A DNA stretch of 64,000 nt from Octopus vulgaris (Eukaryota): contig OX597822.1 in NCBI GenBank assembly GCA_951406725.2, forward strand, positions 35,092,001 to 35,156,000. The letters are read 5' to 3'. A model generated the notes under the pieces. That model saw only the letters and a program-made list of their open reading frames with translations, was not told where the DNA came from and did no database searches. Position numbers and translations under genes: made by a program. Positions 1-12,700 of this stretch are shown here, piece after piece (the stretch's first letter is position 1; every line of letters begins with the position of its first letter).

Positions 1-16
1 AATTATAATTATACTC

Positions 17-93
<77 letters not shown>

Positions 94-106
94 ATATATA
101 TATATA

Positions 107-222
107 CTTTATTTAAAACTCAGAGTAACAGGTTTTGTTGAATTGTCTGCTGCTTTAAATAAAGCATATTACTCTACCACTGGTATTTGAGTACTCTTTT
201 TTCCACCTTGTTTCACATTTAC
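107..222. mobile_element. Short Penelope-like terminal remnant (inverted end plus tail) in (TA)n
   Basis: ctttatttaaa (107-117) is inverted against tttaaataaag (154-164), followed by a ~55 nt unique tail; flanked by (TA)n. Confidence 0.4.
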
Positions 223-813
223 TCCGGTATATATATAAACACTCAGAGACACACACATGCACTACGCGCGCGCGCACACACACACACACACACGTGTATA
301 TATATACATAAGACGTTTTGTCGCAGTACCTCGTAAAATTTGAATATCTGAACCGACTAACCAGAAGTGATATATCCATCACAAAGAGAATATATTAGGG
401 ACCTACTGATGTTTGCAGCGAGTTTTAAGAAAACCATAATGAATAATGAATGAAAGAAGAAATCAAATGCATATCCAATTGCTATGATAATCTTCGACAC
501 TATCCAGTGTCATCTGACAATATTCCCAAGTCATTAACGAATCATGAGATCTATGGCATTCATGCAAGAAAGTGTTTTATATATTCAGGTGCAGTAACCG
601 ATCTTAAAAGCAACAGTAACTGATGGCTTGGATAATAACATGGAAAATATTATGAGTACAATTGAATAATTAAAATAGATACAATTAATTCTAATGCCCT
701 TGAGTGGAATACGATTATGATATTTGTTGGTTTCTTTTAGGTCGAGGAAGAAATATCGTCCGAGTTATAGGAAACAACTGCTACGTTACGCTTCTTAATA
801 ATCGTTTTATTCA

Positions 814-1412
814 AGGCGGCGAGCTGGCAGAAACGTTAGCACGCCGGGCGAAATGCTTAGCGGTGTTTCGTCTGCCGCTACGTCCTGAGTTCAAATTCCG
901 CCGAGGTCGACTTTGCCTTTCATCCTTTCGGGGTCGATTAAATAAGCACCAGTTACGCACTGGTGTCGATATAATCGACTTAATCCGTTTGTCTGTCCTT
1001 GTTTGTCCTCTCTGTGTTTAGCCCCTTGTGGGTAGTAAAGAAATAGGTATTTCGTCTGTCTTTACGTTCTGAGTTCAAATTCCGCCGAGGTCGACTTTGC
1101 CTTTCTTCCTTTCGGGGTCGATAAATTAAGAACCAGTTACGCACTGGAGTCGATGTAATCGACTTAATCCCTTTGTCTGTCCTTGTGTTTCCCCTCTATA
1201 TGTGGGTAGTAACGTTAGCAAGCCGGGCGAAATGTTTAGCGGTATTTCGTCTGTCATTACGTTCTGCGTTCAAATTCCGCCAAGGTCGACGTTGCATTTC
1301 ATCCTTTTGGGATCGATAAATTAAATACCAGTTGCGTACTCGGGTCGATCTAGTCGACAGGCCCCTCCCCCACAAAAATAATTTCGGGCTTTGTGCCTAG
1401 AATAGAAAAGAA
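814..1412 (+). mobile_element. tRNA-derived SINE family A, trimeric array
   Basis: Head ggcggcgagctggcagaaacgttagc, B-box gagttcaaattc, core gtcgactttgcctttcatcctttcggggtcgataaattaagtaccag repeated three times; about 19 copies in the window. Confidence 0.85.
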
Positions 1413-1954
1413 TAATCGTTATATTCAATATAAAGTTCAATACTTTGTTACTCATTTACTCTTATTTGTTTCAGCTCGTGAGCTCTGGCCACGGTTGACC
1501 ATCGTCTTTGGCTTTGCTACATTTTCATTAATCCCCCTCTTATAGTTGTCTCTTAGTAAATGAGACACTTTGATGTTGTCCTTGTTTGATTTTCCTGGCT
1601 GAATTTAGCTCATCCGAAACTTTTGACAGTATAAGATCCTGTCTCACTTTCAAAACATGTACATCCACCCCATTTAGATCTCTCGAGGCTTTCGGGAGGA
1701 TTTTGAAAACCCGTGAGCCCTTGAATCTCTAAAAATGTCAGTGTATGTTCTTGAATTTTGGTGGCAACGGTGGAATCTTTAGCACAATGTGGTGACGCCC
1801 TCTCCTAATATATCTAAAATGATGGATTCCCGATGTTAAAGTTTTTTTCATAAACATGTGTTTAATACCTATTTCATAAAGGATTTATTGTTTAAAATAC
1901 GCTGCATACCAATACAACATTGATGCATTGTTCTACTAATTCTATATTAATATG

Positions 1955-2110
1955 TTATTGAAGTCACTGTTTTGTTTTTCAGAGTACACTGTCATCACAA
2001 ATCATTATAGTAATCCCAATTTTTATGTGTGTACTGAAACAAGAATATTGTTGACAGTGACTTCAACGTTTCGACCAGTTAAGCCATCGTCGGTCTGCAG
2101 TTTGACGATC
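1955..2110 (-). mobile_element. Penelope-like terminal-repeat remnant with degenerate hammerhead
   Basis: Minus strand CCGACGA-tggcttaactggtc-GAAA-cgtt (2065-2093); local inverted repeat ttgaagtcactgt / acagtgacttcaa. Confidence 0.45.
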
Positions 2111-2298
2111 ACGTAACTGCCCTTCGAAATCACTACCAACAATAATCTCGTTTAAGAATAAACTTGTACTCAACAAAAGTACAGAGTAAATTTCTTTTAG
2201 TAATAACTAAACATAAAAACAAACATTAACACACACACACACACACATGAATACGTGTGTGTGGAGGGTGGGTATGTGATTGTGAAGGTATGTAACGT

Positions 2299-2553
2299 GA
2301 AGGCACGTGGCTTAGTGGTTAGGGCATTCGGCTCACGATTGTAAGTCTACTCAGCTGGCAAAAATGAGTAGTACCTGTATTTCAAAGGGCCGGCTTTGCC
2401 ACACCCTCTGTCACGCTGAATCTCCCTGAGAACTACGTTAAGGGTAGACGTGTCTGTGGATTCCTCAGTCACTTGCTCGTCAATTTCGCGAGCAAGCTGT
2501 TCCGTTGATCGTATCAGCTGGGACCCTCGTCGTTGTAACCGACGGGGTGCTCC
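2299..2553 (+). mobile_element. tRNA-derived SINE family C (head type 2, internally deleted)
   Basis: A-box tggcttagtgg; tail ...gaactacgttaagggt...ccctcgtcgttgtaaccgacgg shared with 15995, 23792, 30165 and 42360. Confidence 0.8.
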
Positions 2554-3496
2554 TATGTGATTGTGTATTAGTCAAGTTAAGCCTCTTACATGGAGTATTA
2601 GCAATATTTTTGCTTTCATAATTTCTTAGCGTGTTAAAATTATAACCGATTCTATTATAGTCTAAGCAGGCTTTCAGAATTCACTATTACCCCGTGAATC
2701 AAGTATTGAATGTATGAATAGATATCTTTTCAGTATATCCAGCTTTTGTTAAATTTTAAAATTTCGCCTCCGCGTGCGTGCAAGTATACAATCTACGATT
2801 TGTGCTCGTATACATGCAGAAACACTTTTGTTTATGTATGCACGTATTTACATACTTATATGTGTTTGCATGTATACGTGTTTTAGCATATGTAATTCTA
2901 TATGATAATATGATATAATATATTCATATTTCTTTTTACGTAAGAGAAAAAAATAAAATGAATATTTAAACGATAACAATTTAAATAACCACAGGCTTAT
3001 CGTTAACTTTTTAAAACAAAATATTTTCAAGTCATGACATAAAAATACTGAAGAACGAATTTCGTGGCATCAAGTATGTTTTTAATATTCTGCAGCATAA
3101 GATGAAATTCTAAGCCTCAAGAAAGACAATAAGTGTATATTTTCTACATTTCTTTTGTGTAGTCTGAAATAAAACGATGAAAAAGTCAATATAGTAACCG
3201 AAGGACTTATATACCATATCGATGTAAAATGTTGAACTACCATTCTCAAACTACGAACAATTAAATTCTTTATCGGATTTTCAGATATCAAAAACTGTAA
3301 AACTAAAAAACTTAGTTAAAAATATCACCCACAACCTCTTCTCTCTCTCTCCTCTCCCTCCCTCTCTTTCTCTCTCTCTTTCTTTCCTTGCCCCCTCTCG
3401 CTACCTCTCTCTTCGCTTTTCTTCTGTCCATCTCCAATACACCCACCATAACCACTACCACCGCAGTCTCTCTCGTTGTATCTCTCTCACACATTA

Positions 3497-3885
3497 TATT
3501 GGGTCATCCCATATATAATGCGGTTTTATTTATATTTCTTTTATTTTTCAAAATTAAGACAAAGTTCTTTTTTAATCTAAAATATATTCTCCTTCATTTT
3601 CTACAATGCTCTTCCATCTATCTCGCAGACTTACAATGCTCTTCCTCCAAAGTTCCCTTGTCTGTGATGAAAATTACTCCTCCACCACTGTTCTGACCTC
3701 GTCTAGATATTTCATATTTTTTTTCCGTCCAAATGATTTTGAAGACTGCGGAATAAAGGATAATCAGAGTGGGCAATATCCCGGGAATATGGTGCGTGGC
3801 GCATCGTTTCATATTCAAGCTGCTGCAGCTTTTGTTATGTCATCCTCGCTGTATGTGGCCGAACATTATCGAGTGCATCAATTTA
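3497..3885 (-). mobile_element. Decayed mariner transposon 3' end
   Basis: Minus strand translates DNVRPHTARMT*QKLQQLEYETMRHAPYSRDIAHSDYPLFRSLQNHLDGK...RWKSIVENEGEYILD* (HDNARPH / YSPDLAPSDY motifs); TA plus TIR-like tattgggtcatccca...gcggttt at 3497. Confidence 0.85.
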
Positions 3886-4119
3886 TCTCGTGAAGTAATG
3901 ACCCCCTGCCTTTGTGGGAAATAGCATTATCTACCAATGCAATTGTACCGAATCTTTAAACCAAACTCCTGTTATTAATTTGTCACCGAGCTGTAATAAT
4001 GATAATAATGTTAATAATAATAGTAATAATAATGATGATGAATCTGACAGTGTATGAATGATACCAATACCAATGATAATACTAATAAGAGTCATGAAAC
4101 GATTAGTAACGGAATGCCT

Positions 4120-4400
4120 CCAAAAATGTCTGAACCGAAGTAATTTCCGCTTAAAGGGTCCTGTCTAACTAATAATATCGTTCAAAAATGTAGAATAAAA
4201 AATTATGCTAACACTTTTACCTACATAGGACGTCCTCATGTGACTTCAAATCAAGATTGTATAGGCACTTCTTGTCCTTTAAACAGCGTCATAAAGCTAC
4301 CATCGCATCCTTCGCGGAAAAGGTGTGCCAATTAAAGGACAATAATACTCAATTTGAGATTACGTGGAGCATAGCTCGGAGAGACCTACGGTTGGAATAC
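4120..4400 (+). mobile_element. Penelope-like GIY-YIG endonuclease remnant
   Basis: Frameshifted translation PLKGSCLTNNIVQKCRI...TYIG...FKSRLYRHFLSF...QLKDNNTQFEITWSI matches the PLE GIY-YIG pattern. Confidence 0.7.
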
Positions 4401-4559
4401 AGTTGATGGTGTCTACTTCATAAGCTATAAACAGCAGTAAACAGCATTAACAATAAAAAAACAAATGTCATTATCAAAACACCTTCTGTCTTGCGCTTAC
4501 ATAATGGTTAACAATGAAAACGTATTTCTAGGAAAGAATCATTCCGCAGAACTGGAACT

Positions 4560-4930
4560 TTCTCAGCGCCTGTATAACGCCAAGTCCTCAGGATGGACGA
4601 CAGACCCAATACTGCCCCAGTGAGTCAATCCCACCAAGCGAAAGATCGTATCAAATGGCCCAAGACGAATGGTAGCAACTAGACTAAGACCTCAGCAAAA
4701 TATTAGAATACACGTCAGCACGCTCTACTGACCAAAATGTGACTGCACGTGTAACTATCACATTCAATATCCCGAAAGATTGCTTTTGAATAGAAAGGAG
4801 ATTCAAAGCTTAAGGGGAGAAATCAAGACCCTCAATAACCAGTGTAAAAGATCTGCTCACGAAGAAAGTCATGGCACCAAGAAGATGACAAGTTCCGAGA
4901 ATGTCTGAGTAGATTTATAAGAGTGATGAT
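4560..4930 (+). mobile_element. HERO/NeSL-like non-LTR retrotransposon fragment (pre-RT region)
   Basis: KDRIKWPKTN...QLD*DLSKILE...KEIQSLRGEIKTLNNQCKRSAHEE resembles the RIKWP..W..FD.DL..ILE block of HERO-type ORFs; stops and frameshifts. Confidence 0.55.
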
Positions 4931-5729
4931 GTAAGAGAGGGAGACCAAACGATCGTAGTTTATTAATAATATATCAGCGAGAAATATAAACATTGAAGCA
5001 GAAATTCCGTTTCTCAAGTATATTTTTGATAAACCGTAATACAATGTGAACTTATTAGGTCCAAATTAATGCAATAAGCATATTTATTTCCTGCTGTCTT
5101 GTGAAGTAAATTTCCAGTATGTTGTTACATATGTAATTTAATCTTATATCATGTCATTCTAAAATAAAAATAACACTTAATTTCCTTATATTGTATTAGA
5201 AATTTCAATACAAAAGTCAGAAAGAATTGAATCTCTCCCCTTATCTGTCTGTCTGTATATTCGTCTGTCTCTCTGTCTGTCTGTCTGTCTGTCACTCTCT
5301 CTCTCAAGATATATATGTTTGTGTGTGTGTGTGTATAAATATATGTATATAAAAAATATTTATATTACTTTATATTATTTCATTTTATATTATATTACAT
5401 ATTATCCAATATATTATACGTGTGTGTATAAAGGTGCATTGCTCAAACCTAGTGTTACCTAACATCTGCTTTAATATCCAGTGTGAAACCGATTGTTAAC
5501 GCGGTCGTGATGAATATATACTACTGTACAATATTTGTTTAGTGCCTGGAGCGTGTGTGTGTGTGTGTATGTGTGTGTGCGTGTGTGTATGTGTGTGTGT
5601 GTGTGTGCATGTGTGTGTGTGTGTTTGTCTGTCTGACTCATTATCGGTTACAACAATATGTTTCCTAGTTGATTCGATCAATGGAACAGTCTGCTCGTGA
5701 AATTAACGCTATATTAATGTGAAAATTAC

Positions 5730-6070
5730 AGTAATGCCTCAAAGTTGCGAAAATGGCAAGAGGGGATGGAGCTTCTCTAATGTAGACCTATGAGGCAGAG
5801 GAAGAGAAATGGAGAGGGTACTAACCATTGGGGGTCAGGGAGATCTTGGACAGTGGGGTCCCTGGATTATCCCTAGAGGTCATCCCCTATCAGGACTACA
5901 TCTCTACCATATTCACCTTTTTTAAAACCTTTATATACCATGTATACTTAATTTTTTTAATCATTTCCTTATATGTAAATCCCCAGACTGTATTCTTGTT
6001 TTGCATTGTCTCCCCCGTCCTTAGACCTGGTAGCAAATAAGTGAATTTATCGTTATTATTATTATTATTA
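5730..6070 (+). mobile_element. LINE 3' end (L1/Tx1-like), 3'UTR plus (TTA)n tail
   Basis: ORF-end-like VAKMARGDG, then G-rich and pyrimidine-rich UTR, aaataagtgaa and an (TTA)n tail. Confidence 0.4.
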
Positions 6071-6349
6071 ACTTTTAATCTGCATGTTTGTTACAATCAC
6101 TTGCTGAGACACACCCAGCGTCCTGGGCCGAGTGAAAGATAAGAAATGTTAGTTTCACTGAAAGCTTGGGGAGGAGGAGTAGCAGAGGCAATAGCGAAAT
6201 ATCTTCATGTAGTACAACACATTTAAATGGAAAGGATTTTTCTAAAGATTTGGGCAGTCCTTGTTAGCACACTCTTTTTCATTTCTCTGAGAGATAGTTC
6301 TCCTGGGATATTGTCTAGATGTTTCTGACATCATCATCATCATCATCAT

Positions 6350-6981
6350 CATATGTTTGACTTTTCATTTACATTTGTACATGTTGGCTCCAAGTCCCAC
6401 CCAGAGACCTCAAGAGACAACAGGTTGGAAGTTCATGTTGTTGTTATGCTTAGTGTGCCATATATTTGGTTTTGTATTTAGTGATGTACTAGTGAATGTC
6501 TAAAAAATGTTTGTTTTAAAACTTGAGATTACATAGAAAGTATTTTGCGTAGGATATGAGCAGTTCCCATGAGCACTATCTTTTGAATTTCTGCCATTTG
6601 GGGGTTTCCTGGTATCTGAGTTAGGTAGCCATCAACCCCTTTTGCTATCATTCCCAGGTATTGTTTTAATCTTAAGGTTCCATATTTTGCTGATTTCTAT
6701 TTCAAGATCTTTATATTTGCTCAGTTTCTAGTAGGTCTTGACAGATACGTTTATATCGATTGGGACAGTCATATCAATGAGGAGGCATGTTCTTTATCTG
6801 AAGTCTTTCAATATGATGTCTGGCCTATTTGCATCTATCATTCTGTCAGTTTGAATGGTGAAGTTCCAGAGGAGTGAGATGTGGTCATTTTCAAGCACTG
6901 GAGGTGGTTCGTGTTCCCACCAGTTTTTTTCATGTGGCAAATCTAGGTTTTTGCAAATTACCCAGTGAATATATTGTGCAG

Positions 6982-6984
<3 letters not shown>
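6350..6984 (-). mobile_element. 5'-truncated R4/Dong non-LTR retrotransposon (restriction-like endonuclease domain plus 3'UTR)
   Basis: Minus strand AAQYIHWVICK...WWEHEPPPVLENDHISLLWNFTIQTDRMIDANRPDII...CLLIDMTVPIDINV..KYKDLEIEI...IQKIVLMGTAHILRKILSM*; bounded by (TAA)n and (TGA)n; 3'UTR matches 50143-50350. Confidence 0.9.
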
Positions 6985-7029
<45 letters not shown>

Positions 7030-7031
<2 letters not shown>

Positions 7032-7458
7032 GCCATCAAAATGACGCTGCTGTACAACTATACCAAGCCCAATATGCCCATTGGGCTGATACGTGTACAC
7101 CAGGCACTTGTTTCATAACTATATGTGCACGACATGATGAAATCGTATGAATATGGACAGTGTATGATATTGCAGGTGAGGCCCAGTTAGAATATTCTTT
7201 AGATAGAGTAGCCCATCACGCTCAAAAGGTCTCTGAATAAGGTTGTACAAGGGACATGAGCAAAACGCCCCTGTTTGCAGAGGTGAATTCAAGCCCTAAA
7301 GAATACCTCTCAACACCTCTCAAGATGCTCTCAAGATGCTCTCCCAGGGATGCACATATCATCAGTCACTATGAGAAATGCTCAACTGGATAAGGTCAAG
7401 CAACTGACAAGCAAATATGTGCTTTTGAGCAGAATATTTGCTGTAGCCCATTTTATTA

Positions 7459-7514
<56 letters not shown>

Positions 7515-8573
7515 GAGTGATAGAGCAGGTCGTGGCATCAAAGTGACACGAGTAAAATATACGAAGTCCAGTATACCTATCACGACTACCCGTCTGATAA
7601 GGATACACCAGGTACATGCATCACAACCATATGTGCGTGACATAGTGGTCTCATACCAAGATAAACAGCGTACAACCTTGTAGGCGGGAATTCAGTTAGA
7701 ATTTTCTTCATGTAGGGTAGCCTATCCCGCTCAAAAGGTCCCTGAATGAGGTGCGTTTAATAATGTTGAACGAAACACCCGTGTTTCCATAGGTGAATTA
7801 TTCAAACCCCAAAGAATTCCCCTCAAAACATGGCCATGATGCTCTCTGTCTCCTGCTCAAGATCAGAGATGCACATATCGTTAGCCACCAAGGGACATAC
7901 TCAACTGGTTATGGTCAAACAACTGACAAGCACATCTGTGGTACTGAGCAAAATATTTGCCGTAGCCGATCTTTTATACCATTTATCTATCATCATCATT
8001 ATATTATTATTATCATTACTGGGTGAGAGAGCAGTGCATGACATCAAAGTGACACTGGCGTAAAATATACGAAGCCCAGTATACCCATCATGACTCCCCG
8101 ACTGATAAGGGTGCACTAGGCACATGCATTACCACCTTATGTGCACGACATGGTGATCTCATATCAAGATAAACAGCACATGACCTTGCAGGTGGAGCCC
8201 AGTTAGAATTTTCGTCTGGTCGAGTAACCCATCCTGCTCAAAAGGTCCCTGAATATGGGTTGTTTAAGGATGTTGAGCGAACCACCCATGTTTCCAGAGG
8301 TGAATTATTCAGACCCCAAAGAATCCCACTCAGCACATGGCTATTATGCTCTCCCACTACTTCTGCTTGTGATCATAGATGCACATATCGTCAGCCACTA
8401 AGGGATATGGTCAACTGTTTAAGGTCAAACAACTGAGAGGCAAATCTGTGGTATTGAGCAGAATATTTGCTGTAGCGCATCAATCATACCAAGACAAAAC
8501 AGTGTACATGATAACCCTTCCAATCAGTTAAGATCAGAAACCACGAGAGCCACTGCCTGGTACTGCATCACAG

Positions 8574-8576
<3 letters not shown>
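7030..8576 (-). repeat. Three tandem copies of a ~550 bp non-coding (TAA)n-associated element
   Basis: Copies at 7030-7453, 7514-7980 and 8021-8576 separated by (TTA)n; a fourth copy lies inverted at 20655-21193. Confidence 0.85.
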
Positions 8577-8612
<36 letters not shown>

Positions 8613-8907
8613 CATTATTAAATAGCATGCTGATAGAAGGGTTAATGTCGGACAAAATGCTTAACGGCATTTTTTCTGGCTCGGTTTCGATTTAGCAGAA
8701 ATACCACGAAGATTAGATTTGCCATTTCTCCTTTTGGGGTCAATAAAATATGTACTAATCGCGTGCTTGGGTCGATGTAATTGATATAATTCTTATGTAT
8801 ATATTCATGTATAGATATGTGTGTGTGTGTGTGTGTGTTTACTTTCTAAGGTTCTGAGGTTTGTAAGCAACAGGAATTCTATACATACGTAGCACACACA
8901 TACATAT

Positions 8908-9006
<99 letters not shown>

Positions 9007-9299
9007 TATACTACCATTCATATTATCCTTTCTGAAGGAAGTCTATTGAACGAAATAGTAATTAGTTTTTTTTATGCTATTTATTCATATATTTATTTAA
9101 TTATTGCGGAACGAATCAATGAATTTAGAAGTTACTTCTACCTCCTTAGATTGTCAGCTCCTGATGGAATTGGGACAAAATAAATCCTAATTGATCATAA
9201 AAAGAACATCATAAAATCACTTGTGCCTTGAGCACTTTAAGACCATCGGAGTCCATCCCATCCCTGTTGCAATCACCGTCGAATTCTTTCACGAAAGAG

Positions 9300-9511
9300 A
9301 GGAAGAGAAGAAAGAAGGGGGTGGAAAAGAAGAAGAAGAAGAAAGAAGAAGGAGAAAGAAGGAGAAAGAAGAAGAAAGAAGGAAGAAGAAGGAAGAAGAA
9401 GGAGAAGGAAGGAGAAGAAGGAAGAAGAAGAAGAAGAAGAAGAAGAAGAAGAAGAAGAAGAAGAAGAAGAAGAAGAAGAAGAAGAAGAAGAATAAGAAGA
9501 AGAAGAAGAAG
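9300..9511. repeat. (GAA)n polypurine microsatellite
   Basis: Direct observation. Confidence 0.95.
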
Positions 9512-10039
9512 TTTCTTGTATTGGACTAGTACTTAAAGTATAGGAGACTCGCAAATCTAGTCCTTGATGCGGTTTGGTGGTGTGTGAGACGCGATCACTC
9601 TGAAAACTTGCCCAATGGTATGCAAGCTCCTAATTGTACATCCTATGCTGGATAGGTAAAAGGCTAAAGACCAGGCTAATACAGACCACCTCTTCCCAGA
9701 GTCTAAAATTGGTTTCCAGTGTCCCAATACATCTACCAAGGAAAACAGTAAAGTTACAGAATCATTTATTGCAATTCAAAATGTACCAAACTTAGGAGAG
9801 GGAAACTCAGAGTCGAATATAGTGGAGGAAAGTACTTGATGGCCACTGCTGAATAGGGGCGTGGGTCTTAAGAAAGGCAGGTCATATGTAAGGAGAGTTG
9901 ATATGCGCTGGATTTGACCTCAAAGTATAGAATATCGACACATTGCTGAAAAGAAATTCCATCGAAATCTCTAATAACCCTCGAGACACTAATTTGTCGC
10001 GAGATAATTAACACCACCTTATAATTAACATATCATTAG

Positions 10040-10250
10040 TTGCAAAATTTGGCACTAGGCCAGCAATTTTGGGAGAAGGTGTAAGTCTATTAGACCAACT
10101 TCAGTGCTCAACTGGTACTTATGTTATCAACCCCGAGACGATGAAAGAGAAGGTCGATATTGGTGTGAGTTGAACCCAGAATGTAAAGACGGATGAAATT
10201 CCGCTAAGCATTTAGTCCGGTGTGCTAACGAATCTTCCAACTCAGCGCCT
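10040..10250 (-). mobile_element. SINE family A, old diverged copy
   Basis: ttgaacccagaatgtaaagacggatgaaattccgctaagcattt is the reverse complement of the family A head. Confidence 0.7.
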
Positions 10251-10738
10251 TACGTGCTATTACCACTAAAATCGCAATAAATTCCATTTTCAATTATTTC
10301 CGTTTCTAAAGATATTAATTCTATTTACTGTCGATGGCACATATCAGTACTACACACGGAGTTCGCTAAAAATCACTATTTTAAAGGAAGAATATGTTGC
10401 TTACGTAAGGTTTCGAAATATTGCCATTCCATATTAGCAAATATGGTTTTAATTTCTATTTCTTTAAATGAGATGGGCAATAAATATTCTCATTATGCTG
10501 ATTAATTTGTAAATAATACATTGGCTAATTAACTGAGAAGTCAAGTATAATTGATATTTATAATTAGAATTCGTCTTAAATAAAAATCTACCGTAGTCTA
10601 TCATAAGTTAAATAATTTTGTATCATTGTTTAATAAAATATCATTCGTTGTTTCGACAGGTGTCGTTAAAATTAATTGTCTTATTAATTTTTTAAACAGA
10701 AATGTTAGTTTGCTTCCTGAGGCAATTCTCAACGGAAA

Positions 10739-10813
<75 letters not shown>

Positions 10814-10974
10814 CTGTGTTGTTATTGATCGTGAATTGTTTTTATATGCACTAGGAAATGTAGCAAGTTTTGTAATGTTTGCGCGGAAGATTAAAACCAT
10901 CGGAATTCGAGAGCCGGTTTGCATACCTTGTAGCTTTTTTCCGTAGTAATCCTTTCTATTAGAAGTACAAAGAC

Positions 10975-11492
10975 TCAAATTTGGGGGAAGGGATTAAGTC
11001 GATTACTAGACCCCAGTGCATAACTTGTACTTATTTAATCGACCCTGAAAGGATGAAAGGCAAAGTCGACCCCAACGGAATTTGAACTCAGAACGAAATA
11101 CCTATTTCTTTATTACCCACAAGGGGCTAAACATAGAGGGGACAAACAAGGACAGACATAGGTATTAAGTCGATTATATCGACCCCAGTGCTTAACTGGT
11201 ACTTAATTTATCGACCCCGAAAAGATGAAAGGCAAAGTCGACCTCGGCGGAATTTGAACTCACAACGTAACGGCAGCCGAAATACCGCTAAGCATTTCGC
11301 CCGACGTGCTAACGATTCTGCTAGCTCGCCGCCTTAATAACGAAATACCTATTTCTTTACTACCCACAAGCGGCCACACTGAGGGAACAAATGAGGACAG
11401 ACAAACGGATTTGAACTCAGTACATAACAACTGACGAAATACCGCTAAGCATTTTGCTCGGCGTGCTAAAGATTCTGCCAGGTCGCTGCCTT
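10975..11492 (-). mobile_element. SINE family A multimer
   Basis: Repeated gatgaaaggcaaagtcgacc...gaatttgaactcagaacg...gctagctcgccgcc units. Confidence 0.85.
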
Positions 11493-11604
11493 TCCGTTAT
11501 TCCACTAATACAATGAAGAAGCACAGTATCTAAGTGATCGCTAAAACTAGCAACCAAATCTCTCTTTACTCATATTTTGCTATCTCAAAACAAGAAAGAA
11601 TATT

Positions 11605-11989
11605 CGTTATTTGCATTATTTACATTTGACGCATATTTGTCCTCATCTTGTTTGTTGTTAACACAACGTTTTGGCTGATATACCCTCCAGCCTTCATCAG
11701 GTGTCTTGGGGAAATTTCGAACCTGGGTTCTCATTCCTAAAGTATTTTTCGATATTATTATTATTATTATTATTCAGGACAGTGCTTGGAATCGAACTCT
11801 AAATCTTTGGGTTAGTAGCCGGCGCTCTTAACCACTACGCCATATGCCTGTGGACATATGGCGTATGAAGGCGGAGGGTATATCAGCCGAAATGTTGTGT
11901 TAACAACAAACAAGATGAGGACAAATATCCGTCAATTGTAAATAATGTAAATGAAGCACATAATTTCTCATCTCTTAAATATAGAACTG
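11605..11989. mobile_element. Palindromic tRNA-head / hammerhead element, copy 1
   Basis: Inverted arms; minus-strand tRNA-like head at 11775-11848 (A-box TGGCGTAGTGG, B-box GAGTTCGATTCC); HHR-like core at 11661-11704; TSD aagaaagaatatt / aggaaagaatatt. Confidence 0.8.
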
Positions 11990-12489
11990 AGGAAAGAATA
12001 TTTTCACTCAAAAATACGTGAATCTCTATTCCTGGAAAAGTCTTTGACTTTGCATCTGTTAGATTACGAATGATGTGCTACATTATGTTGATCCACAATA
12101 GCTCACCTTATGAACATAATATTATGTATTCTTCTTTCTACGATGCCAAGGCGTTCACTTGTTGAAGGTTACCTTAAATTTCGAAGGTTCTGGCAACCGA
12201 CTCAATTTCTCAAACAAAAAAAAAAACATATAAAAGCCATCTTTCTAAAAGCCATTTCTAACAAACACTCGTCTACAAATTTCGGATTGAAAATAGTCAA
12301 TTGTATTGACCGCAGTACTTAACTCGTGTTTTGTCTAATCTACTTAAGAAAAAAAATGTGAAATATAAATTTTATCTTAGTGTGATACAACCTAAAAACA
12401 TGAAGACCCTTAACTTACTTGTTATACCAAATAATTTGGTCGACTTCCTATCAAGTGTGCCATCAACATGTATATTTTCTAAAATATAT

Positions 12490-12700
12490 TGGTTTCATAT
12501 TGAAGTACAAGGCCAGAAGTTTCGGCGGATGCGTAAATCGATTACATTAACCCCAGTGTCAAACTGGTACTTATTTTATCGACCCCGGAAGGGTGAAATG
12601 CAAAGCCGAACTCAACGGAATTCGAACGCAGAACGTGAAGACGGACGAAATGCCGCGAAGCATTTTACTAAGTGTGCGAACGAGTCTGCTAGATCGCCGA
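12490..12700 (-). mobile_element. SINE family A, diverged copy
   Basis: aactggtacttattttatcgaccccggaagggtgaaatgcaaagccgaac...gaaatgccgcgaagcattt. Confidence 0.75.

Noticed and set aside
390-600. Possible mariner end remnant
   Set aside because: Only vague TIR and C-terminal resemblance; too degenerate to support.
9540-9900. Possible RTE 5'UTR or ribozyme-like remnant (also about 26820-27000 and 38740-38980)
   Set aside because: The resemblance is impressionistic; no complete ribozyme core or ORF could be traced.
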